A stretch of DNA of 64,000 nucleotides from Ministeria vibrans ATCC 50519. Its lineage: Eukaryota > Protista > Filasterea. The stretch's first letter is position 1. Each line of letters begins with the position of its first letter. Under the pieces are notes generated by a model. That model saw nothing but the letters and a program-made list of their open reading frames with translations. It made no database searches and was not told the DNA's origin. A program made the position numbers and the translations under genes. The stretch lies in contig CALSCP010001980.1 in assembly GCA_943704425.1 (NCBI GenBank), positions 12,306 to 76,305 on the forward strand, given 5' to 3'. Below, piece after piece: positions 13,273 through 26,644 of this stretch.

Positions 13273-13850
13273 TTAGCGAACAGCGTGCACAATGTCGTCG
13301 ATCTTGAGAATGCTTCGGACGGTCTCGGTGGCAAGCTACAGGAGAGAAAAAGAGAGAAAGAGAGAGAGGCAAAGAGAGAGATGAGTAAATAATGGAATTG
13401 CAATAACCAAAGCGAGAGCACGTACAGTGAGGGCAGAGAGGGAGACAAGGAGTGGCTGGACAACGTTCTCCTCGAGGATGTCGGTGATGCAGCCCTTGCG
13501 GACGTTGATGCCCGCCGTGCGCTCGCCTGCCTTGTGGCGGTTGCGCAGCTCAGTCACCACGCTGATCGCGTTCAGCCCGGCGTTCTCGGCCAACGTCGAT
13601 GGAATGACCTAGGACAACAAGGATTAGTGACTTGAGTGTGCTGACGCTAATTTTTTTTTCTTTTTGTTCCTTTCATACCTCGAGACTCTCGGCAAAGGCG
13701 CGGACAACGTACGCATCGAGCCCCTTGAGAGTGAAGGAGTACTCGGTGAGCTTCTGCGCAACCTCAATCTCCGGCGCACCACCGCCAGCAATGAGAAACT
13801 ACAAGACGGGCGGGAGTGAGTCAGGGGCCAAGTCCATCGGTCAGCACACA

Positions 13851-13887
<37 letters not shown>

Positions 13888-13956
13888 TTTGAGAGAGAGA
13901 GAGAGTTTGAGAGTTTGAGAGTTTGAGAGTTTGAGAGTTTGAGAGTTTGAGAGTTT

Positions 13957-14048
<92 letters not shown>

Positions 14049-15009
14049 GAGGGAGGGAGGGAGGGAGAGAGACACACGCACACAAGGCACTACCTTCTTC
14101 TTGACGAGACAGCGGATGACGCAGAGAGCGTCGTGGATGGAGCGGTCGGCCTCCTCGAGAACGAGCATGTTGCTTCCGCGTACCAGCACCGAGACGGTCT
14201 TGCCCGTGTTGGGCACCCCTGTGATCTTGACCACCTTGGCCTCGCCGTCCTCCTCAACCAAGTCCGCCGTACCAAGTCGGTCCGCCGTGAAGTGGTCCAC
14301 CGATGCAATCGGCTTGCAGTTGATCGTCTACATCCCCATCTCCGTCAGTGCTAACATCTTTAAACCCCCTGTCACTCTTTGTTTGTATACCTTGCACACA
14401 AACTCGACCTCAGAGCGCTCAATGTCCGTCACAACCATAATCTTCATCTTGGCCAGAAAGTGCAGAGCAAGATCATTCACTGCGTCCCGCAGAATCGACT
14501 GTGTATGTGTGGTGTTCGGTGTGTCAGATTTTGTTACTCTCTTATCATTATGACTTTTGTACCTTTTGAATGAGGAGCACATTGCAACCGGACTTTTTGA
14601 TTTTCTTGCAAATGTCAAGAATGTATTGACGTTCCTCGCGCAACACACGGTCCATTTGCGAGTAGTCTATGCGCAGGCAAAACAGACTCAGCGACGAGAA
14701 AAGGTGCGTGCTTATATGTCGTACCGCTGACAATGACTTGGTTCTCCATGTCCGTTTTGGGAGGGGACAGACAGAACTGCGCCAGACCAATCTTGGCCTT
14801 CTCCACACGTGACACACCGCCCGCCTGTGAGCAATCAGAAACGGTTAGTAGCACGTCAAACAGTGTCTCCCATTAGTGTACCGAGTGCGACGCCTTGTGC
14901 GCAAAGACCACTCCGTCAATAAGCTCGCAGTCCTCAACTGTGCCTCCAGGTCGCTTCACAATGTGAATGTCACGCAGATCTACGCATTTCACACAGCATG
15001 GTAAGTGTC

Positions 15010-15062
<53 letters not shown>

Positions 15063-16778
15063 ACTCACTCTCGACCACTTGGTTCTTGTTCTTTCACTCT
15101 ATATCACTTTTTCTGTCACGTACCAACATTGTCTGCTGTCTTAGGGTCGATGACTCGCATCACTGCATCCACCGCAATCGGCGAAATCGTATCCGAAAAC
15201 TGTGACACAACCTAAACAACAATTCGTCAGCCCCCCTTTCCCTATTTCTTTCTCCTGTGCGCTCACTGCCTCCCGTCTACCTTTGAGTTAAGCGAAGTGT
15301 TTGCGCTCTTGAGAAGCGACTCACGGTCACTCAGCTCCACAGGCGTCGCCATGCCCTCCAGGATCTCCTTGGCCTTATCCACTGCCACCTGGAACCCGTC
15401 CGAAATGACAGTCGGGTGGATTCCACGCTATCGAATTGCCGCACACGAAAAAACAAAAACAAAACAACAAAAAAAAAAACAAGAAAAAAAAAAAAAAANN
15501 NNNNNNNNCATTGATTGTGGTGTGAATTGTAGGGAGTAAGTTGAGAAAAGAGAAGAATGGAAGGGAGAATTAAAAAAAAAAAGACTTCCCTACGTTATTT
15601 CCGTTCTCGATGACTTACGCGGAGAAGCTTCTCGCAGGCGCTCAGAAGACCGCCAGCAATGACGCACACCGATGTGGTACCGTCGCCGGCCTCAATGTCC
15701 TGTGCCTTGGACAGCTCCACAAGCATCTTGGCTGCCGGATGCTGCACAAGAGTCAATGAACCGTTCAAGCACGCACACAACGACAGCCGGTTACAATACA
15801 TGACATGTTAACTTACGTGAACTTGCATCTTCTGCAGAATGGTGGCACCATCGTTGGTAATGGTGACGCTGCCATCTTGCAGCTGAATCATCTTGTCCAT
15901 TCCTGAACGTACAAAGAGAGGAAAAACGACACATCAGACGACAACTCATCGATTATGGCACACCATCAACACGACACACTTCACTAGATGCATGGTGATG
16001 GCCCCAAACCACAGAGAGAAGAAGAATGGGAAAGAGAGAGAGGAGATTGGGCGATGGCATGTAACGGCAAATTTCGATCTCTCATCTCTCTCTCATCTCT
16101 CTCTCGCTCCACCAATCACGCCCACGTGTCGATGCATTTGCCACAGCACACCATACACATAGTGCTCTTGCTACGTGGGCGTGCAGCAGGACATCAAAAG
16201 CGACACGCGCGAAGTAAGAGTGATTGTGTGCGGAATCGTCAAGGGCAACAGGGGAAAGAAGGAAAGAAAAACATGACTGAGCCGGAGGGCCAGGCCCACC
16301 GGCCTCGCATGCCACGAGCGGAGCCGCAGACGGAAGTGGGGACATACGGTGACATGTCAGAATCCCTTGAAAAGCATGACACGTGTGCAAAAGCAAGAGT
16401 TCAAGGCCGTTGGCGCCGAAACCACCCCAGAGCGACAGGTACAGGCAATACAGAAGATTTGACGCGCAGATGGAAAGGGGTTTCTCAGTTGCATCCGTTC
16501 CCTTTCGTCTTTTTTCATCTTTTTTTTTTTTTTTCAACATTAATTTTTACCTTTGGGTCCAAGCGACGTTCGAATGGCGTCAGCGATGGCGCGGCCGGCA
16601 ATGATGTTGGTCTGACGAACATCGTCATCTGCAGGGATGATCAGGGTGCGCGTCAGCTTCTGCGTTGCTCCGTTTCGCTTTGGGGGTTTCAAGCCCAACA
16701 GAAAACGATCGATCCATCAAGCGTACCCTTGCGACGCTCCTTGAACGCACGCTTGTGTGTTGCTGCTCCCTCCGACAT
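13273..16778 (-). CDS. CCT4: T-complex protein 1 subunit delta (chaperonin CCT4), multi-exon
   Basis: [98 protein letters not shown]. Confidence 0.98.
13844..14075. repeat. Intronic (CA)n/(GA)n with an embedded (GAGAGTTT)n 8-mer array
   Basis: About 8 GAGAGTTT units at 13883-13958. Confidence 0.9.
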
Positions 16779-16936
16779 GGTACTACTATGTTTCAATACC
16801 GGATGATTATATTAGTTTGATTATCGGTTATCCTTTGACTATTGAGTGTAGACACTGAGATTTCTATTTCAATTTTCTCTTTGTTGATACTTAGTTTCTC
16901 TTAATCCCCTCCCGTTTTTCGTTTTTGACTGTATCC

Positions 16937-18395
16937 ATGAGTACTTCCCGCTTTGAACTAAATGCAGTGGATTTGGCAGGCGCCATTGAACGGCTTGAGG
17001 CAGACAGTGCCTGGACACCCTCAAAGCCTTTTCACATCCGTCGCGTCGACACGCTCTCTTTCAACGACTTCTACTTCTCGCATATGCTTGCGAGCGTACC
17101 AGTGCTTCTCACTGACAAAGTCACGGGTAATTGAAGGCAATGCGTGTTGCTCAATTGTGCAATGTTTGCGTTCGCTCTTTCTCTTACTGTCACTTTGTCT
17201 CTCTCTCTTTATCACTTTGTCTCTCTCTCTCTATCCTCTTGTCTCTCTCTCTCTTTATCACTTTGTCTCTCTCTTTAGCACTTTGTCTCTCTCTCTTTGT
17301 CACTTTGTTTCTCTCACTCTCACTCTCACGCTCTCACTCTCACTCTCACGCTCTCTCTCTTTCTCTCTCACGCTCTCTCTCTTTCTCTCTCAGATGTCTC
17401 GTCTTGGCCGCTCTGCCGGCAATGGATTTCACATGGGTTGCTCGACACGGCTGCGCTGATGACGGCCTTTGGGGATGATGCCGTTCCTTTGATGGACCGA
17501 GTGGGCGTCAGAACACAGTCGACCTTGCGCGCATTTTTAACGTCCCTTCACAACAACGACAGAGAAGCAAACTATAGCTATCTCAAAGATTGGCACTTTT
17601 TTTTGCGAGACCCACCTACACGCACTCTGCTATACTCTCCACCCCGTCTTTTTGCCTACGATACGTTGAATCCGTTTTGGTTGGACACGCACAAGGACGA
17701 CTTTCGCTTTGTGTATCTCGGTGCGCAAGGTACTCGCACTGACTTGCACTGTGATGTTCATGGAAGCTATTCGTGGAGCGTCAACGTCTGTGGCCAAAAG
17801 ACCTGGTACCCAATTTTTCCTTTCTTTCGTTTCTCTTAATACCTTTTTCTCTATCTGACCCACGTCATGTAGGACCTTCTTTCCGCCGAGTTGCACCGCG
17901 TCGCTCGACGCGCTTGCGCACACCGACTCGTGCACGCTCTCGCTGTCGACTCTTCCGTCGTCTCTACGCGCTCAGGCAACTGTAGTCACGCAGTACGCGG
18001 GCGAAGCGGTCTTTGTGCCATCGCGTGTATACCATTGCGTTGAGAATGATGCATCAATGACCCTCTCCGTGAACCACAATTGGGCAAATCCGCTCATTGT
18101 CCGTCAAATGGCACAGCTCTTTGTTGCTGATGCACAAGCAGTTCGCATACAGCTGGCCGACTCGCGCGCCCTCTTTGATCCTTCCGAGTATGCTGAGATT
18201 GCACGACGTGTTCTTGTTAGCACTGCCGGATTCGACTTTCAATCATTCCGCGCATTCCTTGCGCACTCTCGCACGCTCTCCGAGTCGCTCTCGGTCGACC
18301 CACTTCGCATTCGATTTGAATCACTTCTACTTGACGAGGCGTGGCGTCTTGTTGCCCACGAATGGAACGCGCACTGGCAATCAAACGACGTCTGA
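16937..18395 (+). CDS. JMJD4: JmjC-domain 2-oxoglutarate oxygenase JMJD4
   Basis: YLKDWHF, DDFRFVYLGAQGTRTDLHCDVHGSYSWSVNVCGQKTW, VFVPSRVYHCVEN, SVNHNWAN (HxD...H Fe-binding triad). Confidence 0.93.
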
Positions 18396-18754
18396 CTGTA
18401 CACCATCACGAGCGCACTTGGAAGGCCATATGGATGCGACAGTGCAGTCGGTGTGAACAACTTTTCTTCGTACGATGATGGATCAAAGAGGTAATCGTCT
18501 TTTACAGTTTGAGGGTCAGAAACACTGGATGGTGTGTGTGGGAGAGGGTCGGCGGGCTGTGCTTGAGGCGGATGGGGTCGCGCAGGAGGAGTGTCAGCGC
18601 CATTTCGTTGTACTTGCTCACTTTCGCCAAATGCACACTCTCCTGTCAACATAAACCACATAAATTGCGTTGAGAGGAAGATGATGGATTTTCAAGCGTG
18701 GAATCGAGGGCCTTCAACACGCGGTGCACAATGGGAATGTCGCGNNNNNNNNNN

Positions 18755-18846
<92 letters not shown>

Positions 18847-18849
18847 TAG

Positions 18850-20232
<1,383 letters not shown>

Positions 20233-20329
20233 ACACAAATCAAAGCAAAAACTCCACAAAGTTGTCAGTTAAAAAATAGAGAACTTTACACGAAAAAAAA
20301 AAAACGAGAGAGAGAGAGAGGGGAGGGCC

Positions 20330-23300
20330 TTATACAAGTTGGTTCTCGTGTGCCTCGGCAACGCGCTGCTCGTACAGCGAGTGCAGCAGCGAATCCTGTG
20401 AGACAGCATCGGAAAGAGCAGCGGGAAGGGGAACGTGCAAGGAGGTACAGGCACGCTCAATGAGCGACAGTAAAGTAGGGTGTGTGGCAGGTGTTGTCGA
20501 TGTGGATGACGTGCGTGATCGCAAACCCACGTCACTCACATCGCTTCCTTCCTCTCCCTCCATATCTTCTTCCACCGCTTCGTTATTGTTGTTGTTGTTG
20601 TTGTTGTTGACAGTGGTGCTGGGCAGGTGCGATGATAGCGTTTCGGCACCAGCTGCTTCGTGCATAAAGGTGGGCACTGGTGATACGGTGACGCTGCGTC
20701 TTTCAAGGGGATTGGGCGAGACTGTCCCATTCGCCGACTGCTGATGGAAGCGTCCACGCAGACGGTAGTGGTGAGACGGAGCGTACGGCGCCGAAGCGCT
20801 GCTGCTGGCAACACTCACAGCATCACTGTTGTCCAAGTCGGTCAGTGACTCTGTTCGTGCCACTCCCCCCCCACCACAGCCACCGCCCACTCCAGCACCT
20901 CCCCCAGTCGACCCAAATGATACTCCAATTGTCGAAAGATCATGCGCTGGAGTAACACTGGACGTCGTTGAGAGCCCGCTGACACTACCGGCCGCTGGTC
21001 CGTCCGCCGTGCTGTCGCCGTCCTCCTCGTCGTCACTGTTGCGACTACTTGCGCAGTACGAACCAGCAGTGGCGTGCGTGCGTGCCTCGTCTGACACAGC
21101 ACCGTGTACCACACCCACAGGCACCATGTGACGCTCGACTTGGAGAGGCTGCGAGCCCGTGTCAATCATAGCATCGCGTCGCGACATTAGCATGTCCACA
21201 AACAACACCGCCAGCGACCCGTCCCCACACAGATCCGACGCAATGGCCAAGAGGAACTCTTGCATTTGCATGTCACCCGCCACAAAACAACGACTCAACA
21301 CCTCCATGGCCTCACCCACCAGCTCAATGGCCCAGTTTTTCAGATTTTGCGCAAATTGAGTGCCATCGCTCGGCGAATTGAGCAAGACGTCAAGCAGACG
21401 GCGCGCATACAGTCGGTAGACACTGCGCATGGTTAGGACAACGTCGAACTCGGGGCGGAGATGCGCCTGGTACGCATTCAGTAACTCAGCACTCACAATG
21501 GTCGACAGAGCACTCACAATCTCTTCGGTGCTCGCGCGCAACCGCTCTTCCGTAAGACCTTCGCCAACAAGAAAGGGGTCGAGTAGGTGCTCTTGCAAAA
21601 TCGACCGAAGTGCCTGAAGCGGCTCAAGGCGACCCTGATACATCTCATGGAAGTCGGCCAGCGTAAAGGCATCAACGATGCTCTCGGCAATGCGCACTTG
21701 AAGACCTAGAAGAAAGAAAATCACTTCGATTAAAAAAGAGGGGAGGGGAGAGAGTAAATGTTTCTTACTGGAGCGCTCATTGGGAGTCGGGAGCTCATCA
21801 GAAGCGTTCATCAGAGAGGACTCCCTTGAGTGAGACGGATTTGCTGACACAGTTTGGCGTCGATGCTGTTGATCACGTTGCAGAGCGAGGAAAAGGCGTT
21901 GTTCCATAAGCGTGAGCGTGTCGTGACGCTGTTGTTCTCGCAGGCGTTGCCGTTCTTCGCGGTCAATGCGTTGTGCCTGGCTTGCTGCCTGGTTGCGTAG
22001 CACCTCTTGGCGACGACGCTCCGACGCTGAGACGGCAGCGTTTGCTGACAAAGACGCGGTCGTTGTGTTGGTAGGAGTGGTAGGAGTGGTAGGAGTGGTA
22101 GGAGTGGTAGGAGTGGTGAGAGTGGTAGAAGTGGTGGGCTGTAGCGATCGATTTTCTTCTGCAGAGGAGGCTAACAAGGGCGGCGATGGAGGCGGCATCC
22201 CATTGGACGGCAAAAACATACGCATCATGCCGTCGCGAAGTTCGTCAAGAAATGACGCATTTGAAGGACGGGTGGCGTTGCTGTTGATATCGTTGTTGTT
22301 GTTGTTGCTGCTGCTGTTGTTGCTGTTGGTAGCTGTGGTGGTGGTGTCCGAGATGGTCGAAGACGGGTTTGCAGTAGAAGAGAGTGTTTCGGTGCGAGTG
22401 GTGCCGTCTGGAGCCGTGGTGGTGCGCACTGTTGTGGTTGTGGTGGTGACAGAACCAGAGGCAGGAGAGGAGTTCGATTCTGTTGTAGATGGCTGTGTAG
22501 CACCAGCAGGGGGTACAGCGGGCGGGATAAAGAGGGGGAAACTGCCGGTAAACAGTGTGAGGGGCGTTTGTGGAGGTGGGGCTGCGTGGGGCTGCTGGGG
22601 AAAAGCATCAAGCCATTGGCGTGTGACGGGAATGGGCGGGGACGCATAGGCACCGCGAGGGACGAAAAATCCAGAGTTAGGAGACCCATCGTCCAGATCG
22701 GCAATTTGAGTTGCGTTCGTGTTGATAAGCCATTGGAAATTGCGCGAGGCAAGTTCGAATGAATCGAGTTGCCGAGGCAGAGGGCCCTCATCAGTGAGCT
22801 CATCGGCGAGCTGAGAGGCGAGAGTGGCCCAAGCCGAGGCGCACTCGGCAGCGTGACGAAGCATTTGGCGCGTCTGAGGAATAAGAAGTGGACGCTCCGA
22901 CAATGATGCCGCATCGGCAGCAGGCGTATCAGTGCTGTCATCTGGTGTCGCTTCAGCAGTGCCGGTTGTGCCGTCCTCGGCGACACCATCATCATGATCA
23001 AAAAATGTGTCCTCTTGAGTGAGGGTCGCCTCTGCCTGCGCCCGAGCCTGTTCAGTTTCTGCTTGCTCAGGCCGTGCCTGTTCGGGCTCTACCCGTTCCG
23101 CCTCGGCTGGCTGCTGCTGGACGACAGTGCCCGGACGGGGTCTGCGTGGTGGGAGAGTGGCGAAAGGGCGGAACTGAGCGACACAAGTGCCACGAGTGGC
23201 ATTTTGAACCATAGCGAGGATCTGTGGGGAGTGCGCCAAGGCACGCGTAGCATTCCAGTGGAGCACCTCATGAGCGTAATTGCGATACTCCTCCGTATTC

Positions 23301-24407
23301 TCAAAAGCGGGATTCCAGAAGCTCACGAGAGACAATGGACTGGTGGGCAAACGACGACGTTCGCGCGGACTCACCATAAGATTCACGTCATCATCAAGTG
23401 TCAGTGCATAAGGCGCATAGCGACGACGAATGCGAGCAAGTGGATCGCGTTCGCGACGCTGTGGACGTGGAGGAGACGGTCCTGCTGGCGTGGGTGTCGT
23501 TGTCGTTGACGTTGTTGTGCCACTCCGTTCGTCTTCTCGCGGCCGTGCTGCACTTGTTGTGGAGGACTCTGATGTGGATGCAGTGCTGGAGTGCACATGG
23601 CTGTCGGGTGCGGCCGTGGCAGTCATTGTAGTTGTGGTAGTCGTCGTGACGGTTGCACCGGTGGTTGGGGTGGGTGTCGTTTCAGAGGGTTGTGGTGGAG
23701 GCACGCCGACAGCGGCGGCTGCTGCCGCGGCAGGAATGCCAAGTGACGTGAAAAAGTTCTGAATGGTGGCGACTGCATTGGACTGGAAAGTGAATGGCAA
23801 GGTGCCAGTTGTGGTTGTGGTCGTCGTGTTGGTGGTTGCAGATGCACTTGCTGGTGCTGCCTGAGGCGCTCCTCTCGCTCCTGAGGCACTGGCATTGGCG
23901 CCACGGCTGTTGCTATTGCGCTGGCGTCCCTCGCTTTCGACCATGTGCAGGCGGGCGAGGTCGGTGAGACCGCACTGACCCACTCGCTCAGCGTCTTGCA
24001 GTATCTTGCCTTTGAAAATGACGCGCTGTCGGCCAACGGCGACGCCAGTCGCGCTCTCAATCTGCAACAGACACCACATTAACAAAAAAAAGGCGAGAGG
24101 AGCAAAGAGGGGCTGGGCGGTCGCGCATGGGCGCAGTGAGCGGTGCAAAAAGTGTGACGCGATGTGTTTCGACCGGCACACACTGGTTCAGCGTTGCGCT
24201 CCATGCATACCGCTTTCTTCAAGGACAGAACGTTCTCCGACGCCCGCACTGTGACCCTGTGCTCGCTGGAGTCGAGCGTCAGCACCGTCAAGTGTAGTTC
24301 GTCGACTTCCGACTCCTGCAAATAATGTATACAAACCATCAACACACTCGAGCGGGCGACAAAGAACTCAAGCTGATTGGACACACATACATACACACAC
24401 GTACCAT
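20330..24407 (-). CDS. BAG6: BAG6/Scythe-like ubiquitin-like-domain protein
   Basis: N-terminal UBL (LTVLTLDSSEHRVTV...SLKKAIESATGVAVGRQRVIFKGKIL), long P/T-rich linker, helical region (FTLADF...LEPLQALRSILQEHL), degenerate C-terminal BAG-like helices. Confidence 0.75.
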
Positions 24408-24567
24408 TTGAATTAAGACAAAAAAAAAACTATTATCACAACTAATCGGGTTTGAAGTTTAAAATAATTGGAAATGCCTTCTTCTTCTTCTAATAATTAT
24501 TACGCATCTTTTGTTGTCGTTGATTCCCTGCCGGACCGTGTTTTGGGGTTGGGTCGTATGGGATACA

Positions 24568-26426
24568 ATGGATAGAATTCCTGTGCAGGATCTGTAAGTG
24601 AAAAAGTGGATGCTCTCTCTCCGTCTCTCTTTCACCGTCTCTCGCTCTCACAGAACCGACCTCAATGATCTCCTTGACATCCCCGACCTCATTTCTGCTC
24701 CCATGCCCTTTCCGTCCGTTCAAACTCGTGATCAAGATCAACGACCGTAAGTCCCCAAAAAAATAGCACGCACGACATTTGGGTCTGCCTCTGTCGTCGG
24801 CAGTGCTGCGTCCCCACGACGACCACCCGCACACCGATTCTAGTGTTGCCGACCCCCGGCACCCGCGATCTCACTGTTTCCCGCCTCTCCGCATTCAGGG
24901 TGGATCCGTTTTCGTCGGCGCTGCTCTCTTGGGCCCATTCGACCTCACCCCCCGCACCCGAGAAGGCCAGCGCGCGATCCATCGACCCCTTTGCACGAGC
25001 ATCGCCTTCCCGGATACGTCTGGCCACTGCGGACCTGAGCGATTTCCTGCGCTACAGCGACCACAGCGACGATGTGGTTCACGGTGACAGCGACGGGAGT
25101 GCTGACCGCAGCGGGGTCGCCGACTCGGACCAGCACAGGCGGCGTAAACGAGCCAAGTCGCAGAATTCTCTTGAATCGACGGCAAGTGTGTCAACCACTG
25201 CAGCAGCTGCGGCGGGTACCACAGCAGCAGCAGCAGCAGAAGCAGAAGCAGAAGCAGAAGCAGAAGCAGAAGCAGAAGCAGAAGCAGAAGCAGAAGCAGC
25301 AGAAGCAGAAGCAACAGAAGCTAAAAGACCTCCCTCGCAGTCTGTCGACCCATTTCTTGTGCCACCCGACATTTCATGGCCCACACTTCCCCTCATGCTG
25401 CCTGAACAGGGTCCTTTGCACGAAACCGTCCGCGCTTCAGCGCCCTTACAACCCGAAGAGTGTCTTGATAATCCCCAATCACGCGCTAAACGCCCACCTC
25501 TAACAGTTCCAGCGCGTAAGTCACGCGTCGACCCTTTTGCACTTTCAATATCAACCACTCGTCCACCCCCATCACCACCACCACCACCATCTCTACCACT
25601 CCCACCAATGAGTTCATCTACAGCACCTCCGTCTCTCCACGCTCCCTGTGCTCCGCCCCCGCCAGCCTATGCGTCTATGGCTGCTGCCTCTGCTGCCGCT
25701 GCTTCCGCCTCGGCTGCCACCGGCGTCCCCCCCAACATGGCACACCTCGTCAACAACACCACCGCACTGACACAGCTTATGATAAACATCATGTCACAGA
25801 ACCCCACAGCATTCATGGCCGCCTCCATCGCAGCCATGCTCTCCCGTGGCGGCTCCAACTCATCCGCCATGGCTGCGTCCCTTTTTCCTTCGCATCCCGT
25901 CTCCCCCAGTCCCACTACCTCTGTTCCCGCCACTCCTCCCGTTGTCTCCTTCAAGGTTCCTCTCTCCTCTAAGACCTCTGCAATTGGCTCCACCGCCACC
26001 ACCAACACGAGCAGCAGCAGCACTACTGCCAGTGGTACCCCTGCTGCTGTGCCCGCCCTCAACCACTTGGCCTCCATCGCTCTCGGCGGCGGTCGCACTG
26101 TCTCCTTCCCATCTCAATGCCCTCCCCCTCCTGCTGAGACATTGGAACAGCAACAGCGACGGAAGCGCTATGAGGGACTGACGGACGCTGAGATTGAGCG
26201 TCGCGAGCGCAACTCGGCTGCGGGGGCACGTTTCCGCAAACGCAAGAAACTCGAATACGAAATGGCGGAAGAGCGTACGACGCGTGCTGTCAAAGAGTGC
26301 GAGCGACTCGAAGACACTGTCAGGCACTTGCGCACACGGCGAGATGCGCTGTTGGCGCGTGCTCAAGCGCACTTGGGCTACACGCCAGCCTTGCCAGGAC
26401 TGGATGACAGCGACGACGACACCTGA
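24568..26426 (+). CDS. bZIP transcription factor (ATF4/Cys-3/Zip1-like basic region); introns 24594-24653 and 24747-24898
   Basis: RRERNSAAGARFRKRKK followed by a heptad zipper (LE..MA...V..CE.LE..V..LR...L); two GTAAGT introns splice MDRIPV... in frame onto the long ORF. Confidence 0.85.
25197..25322 (+). repeat. (GCA)n/(GCAGAA)n coding repeat (poly-A, AE repeat)
   Basis: Visible tandem hexamers. Confidence 0.9.
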
Positions 26427-26644
26427 CCAACTTGTACACTCTACGTTGTAAAAGACACATCCCATAATAAATAAAATAACAGTCAGAAGTAAGGTAAACG
26501 AGAATCGGGTTCAATAGAGAACAAAGACGAGAGAGAGATAAAGAAAGAGAGAGATAGAGAGAGGTAGAGAGAGGTAGAGAGACAGAGAGGGAGTGTGTGT
26601 GTGTGTGTGTGTGTGTGTATGGGTGTGTGTGTGCGCGTGCGTGA

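Noticed and set aside
13883-13958. (GAGAGTTT)n as an interstitial telomere or CRISPR-like array
   Set aside because: No spacers, and it derives from the surrounding GA microsatellite; ordinary intronic minisatellite.
16630-16726. GAAACGGAGCA (SRP helix 8-like) and GATC repeats (7SK-like) in CCT4 intron 1
   Set aside because: The intron is under 100 nt, lacks the pairing strand and the rest of either RNA, and CTGAC is better explained as the branch point.
18393-18490. Possible stop-codon readthrough of JMJD4 (TGA CTG, frame stays open about 30 codons)
   Set aside because: Not the UGA-CUAG context, the protein is already full length, and an open frame this short is expected by chance.
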